Of a DNA stretch of 64,000 nt, positions 16,173-30,172 are shown in pieces. Source of the stretch: Macrostomum lignano (lineage: Eukaryota); contig NIVC01000745.1 of the NCBI GenBank assembly GCA_002269645.1, forward strand, positions 1 through 64,000, in the 5' to 3' direction. Below the pieces are notes generated by a model that was given only the letters and a program-made list of their open reading frames with translations, was not told the origin of the DNA and made no database searches. The position numbers were made by a program, and so were the translations under genes. Within the stretch, counting starts at the first letter, position 1. Each line of letters starts with the position of its first letter.

Positions 16173-16438
16173 TTACTCGCACATCTTCCAATAGCTAGGT
16201 ATCCCGGAGCAGCGCTTTGAGCAGCAGTACGAGGCTAAGCTATTCTTACAGCGCCTGCCTTTCTTGAGGCATTCCAGTCTGCACGCGGTTGAGCAGTCTG
16301 CAGGGCGTTTTGCATGCGATTGGTTATTAGCCGCAGGCAAGCCAAGGATATGCTAAATAAACCTAATTCGGGGCTAAACTCACCGAGAACCGCGAGCAGG
16401 GCAAGCAGAACCAGCAGCACGAGTAGTTGGGTCTTCAT
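16173..16438 (-). CDS. Small secreted cysteine-rich peptide, inhibitor-cystine-knot (knottin/conotoxin VI-VII framework) type, 59 aa, two exons
   Basis: Exon 1 16438-16384 (MKTQLLVLLVLLALLAVL, signal peptide) ends at donor G|GTGAGT. The 86-nt intron has a CTAAT branch-like motif and a CCCTGCAG acceptor. Exon 2 16297-16173 is joined in phase 1. Product: MKTQLLVLLVLLALLAVLDCSTACRLECLKKGRRCKNSLASYCCSKRCSGIPSYWKMCE*. Confidence 0.78.
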
Positions 16439-16977
16439 TTAGACTTTTATAGCTTCCAAAAGTTTACTTGGGGTCAACGCCTGTCTGCAGCAGCCTCTCT
16501 TAGGAGCTGAATCTTTTGATGTCTATGGCAAAAACCCACAGGGTTGCGCTGTACCGTGACCTTTGCCCGGCGAGCTGACAGCCACGCCCGTTAGTGCCAT
16601 AGACGCATTAGGTGCCATCTACTGGTCAGCTGTGCGCCCTCCTTGACTTGGTCGGAGGGCACTGAATGATTTCTCCTTGCCCTCGAGGTCGAGAAGACTT
16701 TCCCATCTTCATGGTCTAATTACTACAGTTCAAAACTGCTGTCAGTAAACAAGCTCAAAAAGTTTTTAAGCTTCATCAGGCCAGCAAGATAATGAGCTGC
16801 TCAAGACTCCTACTAATTGCGTCTATAATTTTCTGTCTGCCTCCACCAACTTCCACTCATCTTTTTTCCTTAGACTCAGCCTGCCCCCTGCCGGTTGTTT
16901 GAGTTGGAGGGTGCTCAGCAACTGGGATGGCCAAGGAGGCTTTGAACTGGGATCTGGAGTGTCAAATCCTCTCGTAT

Positions 16978-17388
16978 TGTGAATTAGACATTGTTAATTA
17001 GACATTGTGAATTAGACATTGTTAATTAGACATTGTGAATTAGACATTGTGAATTAGACATTGTGAATTAGACATTGTGAATTAGACATTGTGAATTAGA
17101 CATTGTGAATTAGACATTGTGAATTAGACATTGTGAATTAGACATTGTGAATTAGACATTGTGAATTAGATATTGTGAATTAAATATTGTGCATTAGACA
17201 TTGTGAATTAGACATTGTGAATTAGACATTGTGAATTAGACATTGTGAATTAGACATTGTGAATTAGACATTGTGAATTAGACATTGTGAATTAGACATT
17301 GTGAATTAGACATTGTGAATTAGACATTGTGAATTAGACATTAGACATTGTGAATTAGATATTGTGAATTAAATATTGTGCATTAGAC
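16978..17388. repeat. Minisatellite, 14-bp unit ATTAGACATTGTGA
   Basis: About 29 tandem copies. Confidence 0.95.
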
Positions 17389-17720
17389 CCTGTAAACAAC
17401 CGGCCTGTTCTGAAATCTGGTGCCAACCCAACGGGGTTTTGGGCAAAGCTTGGCACTCCAAGTTCTGGCCCACGGCCTCCTTGGACGGAGAGACGAAGCT
17501 GCTGCCGCGTGGGCGGACTTTGAGGCCAGAAAAAATAGTCAGTGGGAATCCGCAGCGCCTCTGCTGCATCCGCTGGCAGCCTCTGTTTCCCACCGGACCT
17601 CCGCCAGCCAATTAATTGCCAAATGAAGCACTGAAGGCGGCTCACGCAGATCTGAGATCTCTCAGAGTCTCCTGCTGGCTTTTCTATGCTGCTCATCGGA
17701 ATCGGGTCTGGCTTTGCTAA

Positions 17721-18560
17721 AGGGTGAGATTGGATGCTTGTGGGGTGAGATTGGATGCTCACTGGGTGAGATTGGATGTTTGTGTGTTGATATTGGATGA
17801 GATTGGGTGAGATATTTGATGCTTGTTGGGTAGAAGCTTTTAAGGCGAGATAGGATGCTTGTATAATGAGATTCGATGCTTTTAGGTGCGATTGGATTTT
17901 TTAGGGCGAGATTAGATGCTTGAGAGAAGATTAAATGCTTGAGGGTGAGATTAGATCTTGAAGGGTGAGATCAGATGCTTGAAGGGCGAGATTAGATGTT
18001 TGTAGGGTGGCATTGGATGCTTTTAGAGTGGCATTGGATGCTTTTAGGGCGAGATTAGATATTTGTAGGGTGGCATTGGATGCTTTTAGGGTGCGATTGT
18101 ATGTTTTAGGGTGAGATTAGATGCTTGAGAGAAGATTAAATGCTTGAGGGTGAGATTAGATCTTGAAGGGTGAGATCAGATGCTTGAAGGGCGAGATTAG
18201 ATGTTTGTAGGGTGGCATTGGATGCTTTTAGAGTGGCATTGGATGCTTTTAGGGCGAGATTAGATATTTGTAGGGTGGCATTGGATGCTTTTAGGGTGCG
18301 ATTGTATGTTTTAGGGTGAGATTAGATGCTTGAGGGCGAGATTAGATGCTTGAAGGGTGAGATTAGATGTTTGTAGGGTGGCATTGGATGCTTTTAGGGC
18401 GAGATTAGATGCTTGAAGGGCGAGATTAGATGTTTGTAGGGTGGGATTGGTTGCTTTTAAGGTGAGATCAGATGCCATTAGAATATGATTGGATGCAAAA
18501 AGTTCGATATTAGATTAAATTGACATTGGATGATTTTAAGATGAGATCAGATGACTTTCA
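17721..18560 (+). repeat. Degenerate 21-bp minisatellite, family A (GAGATT(G/A)GATGCTTGAAGGGT), forward
   Basis: Tandem degenerate units with internal higher-order duplications; reverse complement of the array at 20742-21590. Confidence 0.85.
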
Positions 18561-19110
18561 ATTAAGAATAAATGCTTTTCTGTAGACCGCAAGTTCTCAG
18601 CTGACATGAAATGATTGTGTTATTTTTTTAAAAAACTTCTAGGCAGTTCCCAGTCACGCCCCACTGGTTCAGCATTAAAGCAGCTGCCTCAGATGAGGCT
18701 CGAGACAATGGCAAACTGGCGGAGCGAAGTCAGCGCCTCGCGTGCGGGCATCGGTGCAGGTGAAGGCGAGGGTCGATGAGAGACCTGAGCTGCCTTGAAA
18801 GGGAGGGCAAAACCAATATTGGGAAGGCGGCGGCGATCGAGCGGATTCCGGACAGTCTCTGAAATTCAAAATTGCAGATCCGTGGCGGGAGGCTGGGGAG
18901 CCGCTCCGGAACTTGGCGAAGATCGATTCGAAGGAAAAGCAAATTTCAGTCTCCGGTTCGGCCTCACCTGGGAGTTCCCGATCGAATCCAGGAAGAAGGG
19001 AGTTGAGCACGGAACTCACGGCTACCCCATCCCAGGTGGGACTGGCGGCGCTGCAGTCTAATCCTAAATCTTTATCGGATGAGGCAAATCCGTGCAGTTT
19101 AATCTACTTC

Positions 19111-20316
19111 TGCATGCAGGCTAGATTAGCAATCCATTCTATTCCTGCATCATCCATGCAGGCTAGATTAGCAATCCATTCTATTCCTGCATCATCCATG
19201 CAGGCTAGATTAGCAATCCATTCTGTTCCTGCATCATCCATGCAGGCTAGATTAGCAATCCATTCTGTTCCTGCATCATCCATGCAGGCTAGTTTAGCAA
19301 TCCATTCTGTTCCTGCATCATCCATGTAGGCTAGATTAGCAATCCATTCTATTCCTGCATCATCCATGCAGGCTAGATTAGCAATCCATTCTGTTCCTGC
19401 ATCATCCATGCAGGCTAGATTAGCAATCCATTATATTCCTGCATCATCCATGCAGGCTAGATTAGCAATCCATTCTGTTCCTGCATCATCCATGCAGGCT
19501 AGATTAGCAATCCATTCTGTTCCTGCATCATCCATGCAGGCTAGATTAGCAATCCATTCTATTCCTGCATCATCCATGCAGGCTAGATTAGCAATCCATT
19601 CTGTTCCTGCATCATCCATGCAGGCTAGATTAGCAATCCATTCTATTCCTGCATCATCCATGCAGGCTGGATTAGCAATCCATTCTGTTCCTGCATCATC
19701 CATGCAGGCTAGATTAGCAATCCATTCTATTCCTGCATCATCCATGCAGGCTAGATTAGCAATCCATTCTGTTCCTGCATCATCCATGCAGGCTAGATTA
19801 GCAATCCATTCTGTTCCTGCATCATCCATGCAGGCTAGATTAGCAATCCATTCTATTCCTGCATCATCCATGCAGGCTAGATTAGCAATCCATTCTATTC
19901 CTGCATCATCCATGCCGGCTAGATTAGCAATCCATTCTGTTCCTGCATCATCCATGCAGGCTGGATTAGCAATCCATTCTGTTCCTGCATCATCCATGCA
20001 GGCTAGATTAGCAATCCATTCTGTTCCTGCATCATCCATGCAGGCTGGATTAGCAATCCATTCTGTTCCTGCATCATCCATGCCGGCTAGATTAGCAATC
20101 CATTCTGTTCCTGCATCATCCATGCAGGCTGGATTAGCAATCCATTCTGTTCCTGCATCATCCATGCCGGCTAGATTAGCAATCCATTCTGTTCCTGCAT
20201 CATCCATGCAGGCTAGATTAGCAATCCATTCTATTCCTGCATCATCCATGCAGGCTAGATTAGCAATCCATTCTGTTCCTGCATCATCCATGAAGGCTAG
20301 ATTAGCAATCCATTCT
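19111..20316 (+). repeat. 42-bp minisatellite, family B (ATGCAGGCTAGATTAGCAATCCATTCT(G/A)TTCCTGCATCATCC), forward
   Basis: About 28 near-identical copies; source of the spurious MQARLAIHSVPASS ORFs. Confidence 0.97.
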
Positions 20317-20741
20317 GCACCTCAGACTTCGCTGGTTCCGAGGGCTGAGCAGAAATGTGGCTGCCTGCTTGTCACTCCAGCCTGCCAGCTCATCAGTTCG
20401 CGACCCCCGGACTAATCAGGGGGGGGGGGGGTAGGGGCAGCCGCTCATTTTTCGCCAAATTCCTGCGGTCTGAGGAAGTCACGAAAACCCTCAGCCCCGA
20501 ATTTCAGAGAATTCAATCTCCAATGCCTAATTAGCAGCGAGAATTTCTGATTTTCAATCTCGAGTGAATTCTAAAGGTCTCTGAGGTGAAGAAAACAATT
20601 TGAATACTTTTATGACTGCTCTGGCTACCTCGGCAGACAGGTGACTGCTTGCTATAGCGTGCTTGGACTGAGTTTTAATAAAATTTGGCTGACGAAAGCT
20701 AAGATCATCCCAAAAGTATGCAATCACTACTTCCGATCATA

Positions 20742-21590
20742 CAATCTCATCCTTCAAGCATCCAATCTCACTATTCAGGCCTCCAATCTTACCCTTCAAG
20801 CATCCAATCTCACTATTCAGGCCTCCAATCTTACCCTTCAAGCATCCAATCTCACTATTCAGGCCTCCAATCTTACCCTTCAAGCATCCAATCTCACTAT
20901 TCAGGCCTCCAATCTTACCCTTCAAGCATCCAATCTCACCCTAAAAGCATCCAATCTCACCCCTCAAGCATCTAATCTTACCTTCAAGCATCCAATCTCA
21001 CCCTTCAAGCATCCAATCTTATCCCTTTAAGCACCCAATCCCACCTATCAAACATCCAATCCCACCCTAGAAGCATATCATCCAATCTCATCTTTCAAGC
21101 ATCCAATCTCACCTTCAAGCATCCAATCTCACCCCTCAAGCAGCCAATCTCACCCTTCAAGCATCCAATCTCACCCTTAAGCATCCAATCTCACCCTTCA
21201 AGCATCCAATCTTACCTTCAAGCATCCAATCTCACCCTTCAAGCATCCAATCTTATCCCTTTAAGCACCCAATCCCACCTATCAAACATCCAATCCCACC
21301 CTAGAAGCATATCATCCAATCTCATCTTTCAAGCATCCAATCTCACCTTCAAGCATCCAATCTCACCCCTCAAGCAGCCAATCTCACCCTTCAAGCATCC
21401 AATCTCACCCTTAAGCATCCAATCTCACCCTTCAAGCATCCAATCTTACCCTTTAAGCATCCAATCTCACCCTCAAGCAGCCAATCTCACCTTCAAGCAT
21501 CCAATCTCACCCCTCAAGCAGCCAATCTCACCTTCAAGCATCCAATCTCACCCTTCAGGCATCCAATCGCACCTATCAAGCGCATCTCAT
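20742..21590 (-). repeat. 21-bp minisatellite, family A, reverse orientation (CATCCAATCTCACCCTTCAAG)
   Basis: Tandem units; reverse complement matches the 17.7-18.6 kb array. Confidence 0.88.
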
Positions 21591-22467
21591 CAAAGCATAC
21601 AGCCAGTGGACAGTTTATTTTGCCTGAATATTTAACCACACAAAACTGACACACAGTCCCAGCGCATGCAGCCGCCCCCAATGCACCCAAGCCGCCATCA
21701 GAAAATCGATGCAGACTTTGCGGCGGTAGCTCTGACAGGATCTGATGCAGCGGCTGCTCCAGGGCGGCACCGGGATTTGCGGGTGGGGTGGGCGGTTTTG
21801 GCGGCCCGCAGCAGGATGCGGCCCGTCAGGTGAGAGTCAATCAAGACCCCGCGATCGATGATTAATTGCAGCTAATTTGCGTCCCGGAGGCCATGCCGAG
21901 AGGTTGGAGGACATTTGAGCTGGTTTGCTGGCAATAAAATCGCCATCCTTATCGATGCTGCAGCTGTTCTTGACAAACTCAATAAAAATGGGATGAATTT
22001 TCGCTAAAGCACTACTCACATGAAAGTAGTAGAGTTTATTGCATTTTACAGCATATTTCTGCAAGGATTGTGAATCATGACCGTGACTGACAGAGCGCTC
22101 ATCCTCGCACTAAGAAGAAAAGCGAGATCGTGCTCAAGACTGCGCCGATGCGGATTGTCGCTTCTTTACCGGGGCGACCCCACGCGTAGGGCAGTGCCCC
22201 CCATGCCCCCCTGCTCTCTGGCTTTGATCAGCAGCTGAAACCTGCAGCAGCAAAGACGACAAGCAGCCGCCCTGCTGCCTGTGCAAGCGATTTTTTAAGC
22301 CAGCGGACTCACCGGCTTTGTATGGGAAGCGACTGGCGAAAGGGGAGTTTTAAGGAGAATTATTAATCACGGATCGCTGAATTCAGTGCTTGCGCTTCAA
22401 TAACAGAACTTTAATCCCACGATTTGAGGGGCGCTTTTCTGGGGAGATTAGGAATAGTATACCGAAC

Positions 22468-25010
22468 ATTGGATTGCTAATCCAGCCTGCATGGATGATG
22501 CAGGAACAGAATGGATTGCTAATCTAGCCTGCATGGATGATGCGGGAACAGAATGGATTGCTAATCTAGCCTGCATGGATGATGCAGGAACAGAATGGAT
22601 TGCTAATCTAGCCTGCATGGATGATGCAGGAACAGAATGGATTGCTAATCTAGCCTGCATGGATGATGCAGGAATAGAATGGATTGCTAATCTAGCCTGC
22701 ATGGATGATGCAGGAACAGAATGGATTGCTAATCTAGCCTGCATGGATGATGCAGGAATAGAATGGATTGCTAATCTAGCCTGCATGCAGGAACAGAATG
22801 GATTGCTAATCTAGCCTGCATGGATGATGCAGGAATAGAATGGATTGCTAATCTAGCCTGCATGGATGATGCAGGAACAGAATGGATTGCTAATCTAGCC
22901 TGCATGGATGATGCAGGAATAGAATGGATTGCTAATCTAGCCTGCATGCAGGAACAGAATGGATTGCTAATCTAGCCTGCATGGATGATGCAGGAATAGA
23001 ATGGATTGCTAATCTAGCCTGCATGGATGATGCAGGAACAGAATGGATTGCTAATCTAGCCTGCATGGATGATGCAGGAATAGAATGGATTGCTAATCTA
23101 GCCTGCATGCAGGAACAGAATGGATTGCTAATCCAGCCTGCATGGATGATGCAGGAACAGAATGGATTGCTAATCCAGCCTGCATGGATGATGCAGGAAC
23201 AGAATGGATTGCTAATCCAGCCTGCATGGATGATGCAGGAACAGAATGGATTGCTAATCCAGCCTGCATGGATGATGCAGGAACAGAATGGATTGCTAAT
23301 CCAGCCTGCATGGATGATGCAGGAATAGAATGGATTGCTAATCTAGCCTGCATGGATGATGCAGGAACAGAATGGATTGCTAATCTAGCCTGCATGGATG
23401 ATGCAGGAATAGAATGGATTGCTAATCTAGCCTGCATGCAGGAACAGAATGGATTGCTAATCTAGCCTGCATGGATGATGCAGGAACAGAATGGATTGCT
23501 AATCCAGCCTGCATGGATGATGCAGGAATAGAATGGATTGCTAATCTAGCCTGCATGGATGATGCAGGAACAGAATGGATTGCTAATCTAGCCTGCATGC
23601 AGGAACAGAATGGATTGCTAATCTAGCCTGCATGGATGATGCAGGAATAGAATGGATTGCTAATCTAGCCTGCATGGATGATGCAGCAACAGAATGGATT
23701 GCTAATCTAGCCTGCATGGATGATGCAGCAACAGAATGGATTGCTAATCTAGCCTGCATGCAGGAACAGAATGGATTGCTAATCTAGCCTGCATGCAGGA
23801 ACAAAATGGATTGCTAATCTAGCCTGCATGGATGATGCAGGAATAGAATGGATTGCTAATCTAGCCTGCATGGATGATGCAGGAATAGAATGGATTGCTA
23901 ATCTAGCCTGCATGCAGGAATAGAATGGATTGCTAATCTAGCCTGCATGGATGATGCAGAAACAGAATGGATTGCTAATCTAGCCTGCATGGATGATGCA
24001 GCAACAGAATGGATTGCTAATCTAGCCTGCATGGATGATGCAGGAACAGAATGGATTGCTAATCCAGCCTGCATGGATGATGCAGGAACAGAATGGATTG
24101 CTAATCCAGCCTGCATGGATGATGCAGGAACAGAATGGATTGCTAATCTAGCCTGCATGGATGATGCAGGAACAGAATGGATTGCTAATCCAACCTGCAT
24201 GGATGATGCAGGAATAGAATGGATTGCTAATCTAGCCTGCATGCAGGAACAGAATGGATTGCTAATCTAGCCTGCATAGATGATGCAGCAACAGAATGGA
24301 TTGCTAATCTAGCCTGCATGGATGATGCAGGAACAGAATGGATTGCTAATCTAGCCTGCATGGATGATGCAGCAACAGAATGGATTGCTAATCTAGCCTG
24401 CATGGATGATGCAGGAACAGAATGGATTGCTAATCTAGCCTGCATGCAGGAACAGAATGGATTGCTAATCTAGCCTGCATGGATGATGCAGGAACAGAAT
24501 GGATTGCTAATCTAGCGTGCATGCAGGAACAGAATGGATTGCTAATCTAGCCTGCATGGATGATGCAGGAACAGAATGGATTGCTAATCTAGCCTGCATG
24601 GATGATGCAGGAATAGAATGGATTGCTAATCTAGCCTGCATGCAGGAATAGAATGGATTGCTAATCTAGCCTGCATGTAGGAACAGAATGGATTGCTAAT
24701 CTAGCCTGCATGCAGGAACAGAATGGATTGCTAATCTAGCCTGCATGCAGGAACAGAATGGATTGCTAATCTAGCCTGCATGCAGGAACAGAATGGATTG
24801 CTAATCCAGCCTGCATGGATGATGCAGGAACAGAATGGATTGCTAATCTAGCCTGCATGGATGATGCAGGAATAGAATGGATTGCTAATCTAGCCTGCAT
24901 GGATGATGCAGGAATAGAATGGATTGCTAATCTAGCCTGCATGGATGATGGAGGAACAGAATGGATTGCTAATCTAGCCTGCATGCAGGAATAAAATGGA
25001 TTGCTAATCT
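22468..25010 (-). repeat. 42-bp minisatellite, family B, reverse orientation, with 35-bp deletion variants
   Basis: Unit ATGGATGATGCAGGAACAGAATGGATTGCTAATCTAGCCTGC is the reverse complement of the 19.1-20.3 kb unit. Interspersed units lack 7 nt. Confidence 0.97.
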
Positions 25011-25496
25011 GTCTAGTGGCAGATTCAAATCGGTGCCAGCTGCCAGGTGTTGGTTTTGAGGCCGAACTCCCCACAGAGCAGTTTTGTTTCCGTCTGCTTT
25101 AAACCGGGGCTGCTCGGGGATTTCGTAGGGCCGGTCGGCATCGAAAGTCTGTGGAATTTGCGACCCTGGGATTTTCGAGCCGCTGCGATTAAAGGCTGCG
25201 GGACTGAAGCCGCTTCCCCCGCTGTTGTTCCGCAGGTCTTGCTTGATTGCCTCTCCTAAGAGCAATCCTCGTTCTCTTTCTGCTGCGCCTCTAGCCCTCG
25301 TGGGAATTCCTTCTGCCAGAATGAATTCAACCGATTCAAGCAAAAGCCAATCCAGTTGCAAAAGCAGCAGTCAGGTTGCTTTAGTAGAATTTTTTCTGCT
25401 GCCAATGAAATCTTCAGTGGCTTCATGCGGGCTGCCGGCTTTTATTGAGGACTCAGCAATCCCGGCTCCTGCGGCACTTGGCGGACTCGGGACTGC

Positions 25497-26387
25497 GGGA
25501 TCGCGCCTGTCACTTTGGAATCCCGTCAGTCACTCTGGAATCCCGACTGTCACACTGGAATCCTCTCTGTTACACAGGAATCCCGTCTGTCACAGGAATC
25601 CCGTCAGTCACTCTGGAATCCCGCCTGTCACACTGGAACCCCGTCTGTCACACTGGAATCCCGTCTGTCACACTGGAATCCCGTCACTCACACTGGAATC
25701 CCGTCAGTCACTCTGGAATCCCGTCCGTCACACTGGAACCCCGTCTGTCACACTGGAATCCCGCCTATCACACTAGAATCCTGACTGTCACACTGGAATC
25801 CCGACTGTCACATAGAAATCCTCTCTGTTACACAGGAATCCCGTCTGTCACACTGGAATCCCGCCTGTCACACAGGAATCCCGACTGTCACACTGGAATC
25901 CCGTCACTCACACTGGAATCCCGTCAGTCACTCTGGAATCCCGCCTGTCACATTGGAATCCCGCCTATCACACTAGAATCCCGACTGTCACACTGGAATC
26001 CCGTCACTCACACTGGAATCCCGTCAGTCACTCTGGAATCCCGCCTGTCACACTGGAACCCCGTCTGTCACACTGGAATCCCGCCTATCACACTGAAATC
26101 CTGACTGCCACACTGGAATCCCGTCACTCACACTGGAACCCCGTCTGTCACACTGGAATCCCGTCTGTCACACTGGAATCCCGCCTATCACACTGGAATC
26201 CCGACTGTCACACTGGAATCCCGACTGTCACACTGGAATCCTGCCTGTCACACTGGAATCCTCTCTGTCACACAGGAATCCTGTCTGTCACTCTGAAATC
26301 CCGCCTGTCACACTGGAATCCCGTCTGTCACACAGGAATCCCGACTGTCACTCTGGAATCCCGCCTATCACACTGGAATCCCGACTC
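25497..26387. repeat. Minisatellite, 20-bp unit CACTGGAATCCCGTCTGTCA
   Basis: About 44 tandem variant copies. Confidence 0.95.
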
Positions 26388-27238
26388 CGGATTCTGGACC
26401 TCAAGAGGATGCAGCGAGGCTGAGGGAGTTAACCCGCTCCACCCCCGGCAGCCCCTGAGTTGCGAGCTCTCAAATTTCCTTCAATTCAAGCAGCTGCTCA
26501 GCCAGAGAAGGCCTCGGCGGGGGGGGGCCTTCGCTCCGGCAGATTTATGAAATCCCACTCGACATTATTCCCAGGAGTCCCATTTCTCACATGAAATTGA
26601 AGAACCTCGTACTAATGCGCTTTCTCCCCGAGATTCGTTGTAGGGGGGGGGGGGTACAAAATGGGGAGGGGAGGCTGCAGGGACCCGAGGCTTCGCGAGT
26701 GAAAGTTGAGCTTCCCGGCCCGCGATCAGGGTGGCCAGGCAGCAGGGAGACGCGTCCAGTCAGGCGAGGCCGCTCAGAGTTCACTGAGTTTCCTGCGGTA
26801 GAAACTTTTTGGCCTCCTCTGCCGAATATTTAGTAATTAGTGGGGCCACAATGCCCTGCTCTGACAAAGTGCAGCCTGTCTGTTTGCCCAGCCTGAGGTG
26901 AGCACAGCATGAGATGAAGCCTCATCAACAGCTGCTCGGGCCGAGGCTCTGAGTCTGGCGGAAACGCATTGACGTCCGTCTGCAGGTGGCGGAACCGGCA
27001 AAGCCCTTGGAGACCCCTTGGGAACTGGGAGACTCGAGTGCGAGGCCTCAACTGGGCTCGAAAGGCTGGAGGAACCGGGATGGCGGCTGCGCGGCTACGT
27101 GGCTTGGGGATAAAAATAGCTCCCTGCCTGCAGTTTGCCTGTTTGCTCGGGTTGGGGCGGGCTGGAGGACAAAGTTGACAGCGATGGCAATCCAGCTCGG
27201 AGCCTGCGTGTTGCTATGGGCTGAAAACTGGACTCGAA

Positions 27239-27843
<605 letters not shown>

Positions 27844-28284
27844 CAGGCACAGCCGGAGTCTCGGAACCTGGGCTATGCAAATTGGGAATTGCATTCCCCA
27901 AAAATGAGGAGCGGCAAGCGGGGATTTGCCGGGCAAAAATTGTTGCTCGCAGGAGAGCCGAGAGAGCGAAAGTCCGGCAGCTTCTCAGCAGGCAGTCAAA
28001 CAGCTGGGGAGATCCGCTCGGCCGTGTGGGCGTGGCTGGGAGGCAATAAAACTGGGGAGGGGGCTTCCGCTTCGGCAGCGCAGAGCCCCTCCTCTCTTCA
28101 CCTCCCTTTGGGATTTTAAATGATTTTTTTGCTTTTTTATTTTTCTCTTTCACCCCGGATTTATTCTTCAATTAATTCTTCAATTTAGAATCAGCCGGTT
28201 TTTGCTGAGCAGTTTTACTTGGGAAGTGGCTGGTCTGGGGCCGAGAGAGCAGGGAACAAGCGGACTTAAGACTTAAGGGTAAAA

Positions 28285-30172
28285 GTGAGTGAGATCGGGA
28301 GTGAGATTGGGAGTGAGATCGGGAGTGAGATCGTGAGTGAGATCGGGAGTGAGATTCGGAGTGAGATCAGGAGTGAGATAGAGAATGAGATTCGGAGAGA
28401 GATAGGGAGTGAGATCGGGAGTGAGATAGAGAGTGCGATTCGGAGTGGGATCGGGAGTGCGATTCGGAGTGGGATCGGGAGTGAGATCGGGAGTGAGATA
28501 GAGAGTGAGATTAGGAGTAAGATAGGGAGTGAGATAGAGAGTGAGATTAGAGTAAGATCGGGAGTGAGATCGTGAGTGAGATAGGGAGTGAGATCGGGAG
28601 TGAGATAGAGAGTGAGATTCGGAGAGAGATAGGGAGTGAGATCGGAAGTGAGATAGAGAGTGAGATTCGGAGTGAGATCTGGAGTGAGATAGAGAGTGAG
28701 ATTGGGAGTGAGATCGGGAGTGAGATCGTGAGTGAGATCGGAAGTGAGATAGGGAGTGAGATCGGGAGTGAGATAGAGAGTGAGATTGGGAGTGAGATCG
28801 GGAGTGAGATCGTGAGTGAGATCGGAAGTGAGATAGGGAGTGAGATCGGGAGTGAGATAGAGAGTGAGATTGGGAGTGAGATCGGGAGTGAGATCAGGAG
28901 TGAGATAGAGAGTGAGATAGGGAGTGAGATTGGGAGTAAGATAGAGAGTGAGATTAGGAGTAAGATCGGGAGTGAGATCGTGAGTGAGATCGTGAGTGAG
29001 ATCGGGAGTGAGATAGGGAGTGAGATCGGGAGTGAGATAGAGAGTGAGATTCGGAGTGAGATAGAGAGTGAGATCGGGAGTGAGATAGAGAGTAAGATTC
29101 GGAGTGGGATCGGGAGTGAGATAGAGAGTGAGATTGGGAGTAAGATCGGGAGTGAGATCGTGAGTGAGATCGTGAGTGAGATCGGGAGTGAGATAGGGAG
29201 TGAGATCGGGAGTGAGATAGAGAGTGAGATTCGGAGTGAGATAGAGAGTGAGATCGGGAGTGAGATAGAGAGTGAGATTCGGAGTGAGATCGGGAGTGAG
29301 ATAGAGAGTGAGATTGGGAGTAAGATCGGGAGTGAGATCATGAGTGAGATCGTGAGTGAGATTGGGAGTGAGATAGGGAGTGAGATCGGGAGTGAGATAG
29401 GGAGTGAGATCGGGAGTGAGATAGAGAGTGAGATTCGGAGTGAGATCGGGAGTGAGATAGAGAGTGAGATTGGGAGTAAGATCGGGAGTGAGATCGTGAG
29501 TGAGATCGTGAGTGAGATCGGGAGTGAGATAGGGAGTGAGATCGGGAGTGAGATAGAGAGTGAGATTCGGAGTGAGATAGAGAGTGAGATCGGGAGTGAG
29601 ATAGAGAGTGAGATTCGGAGTGAGATCGGGAGTGAGATAGAGAGTGAGATTGGGAGTAAGATCGGGAGTGAGATCGTGAGTGAGATCGTGAGTGAGATTG
29701 GGAGTGAGATAGGGAGTGAGATCGGGAGTGAGATAGGGAGTGAGATCGGGAGTGAGATAGAGAGTGAGATTCGGAGTGAGATCGGGAGTGAGATAGAGAG
29801 TGAGATTGGGAGTAAGATCGGGAGTGAGATCGTGAGTGAGATCGGGAGTAAGATCGGGAGTGAGATAGGGAGTGAGATCGGGAGTGAGATAGAGAGTGAG
29901 ATTGGGAGTGAGATCGGGAGTGAGATAGAGAGTGAGATTGGGAGTAAGATCGGGAGTGAGATCGGGAGTGAGATAGGGAGTGAGATCGGGAGTGAGATAG
30001 AGAGTGAGATTCGGAGTGAGATCGGGAGTGAGATCGGGAGTGAGATCGGGAGTGAGATCGGGAGTGAGATAGAGAATGAGATTCGGAGTGGGATCGGGAG
30101 TGAGATAGAGAGTGAGATTCGGAGTGAGATAGGGAGTGAGATAGGGAGTAAGATGGAGAGTGAGATTGGGAG
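28285..30172. repeat. Minisatellite, 12-bp unit GAGTGAGATCGG with variants
   Basis: About 157 copies; produces the spurious SEIG/ISLP ORFs. Confidence 0.96.

Noticed and set aside
16446-16452. TATAAAA just upstream of the knottin ATG as its TATA box
   Set aside because: It lies only about 8 nt from the ATG, so a normal TATA-to-TSS distance would put the start inside the CDS.
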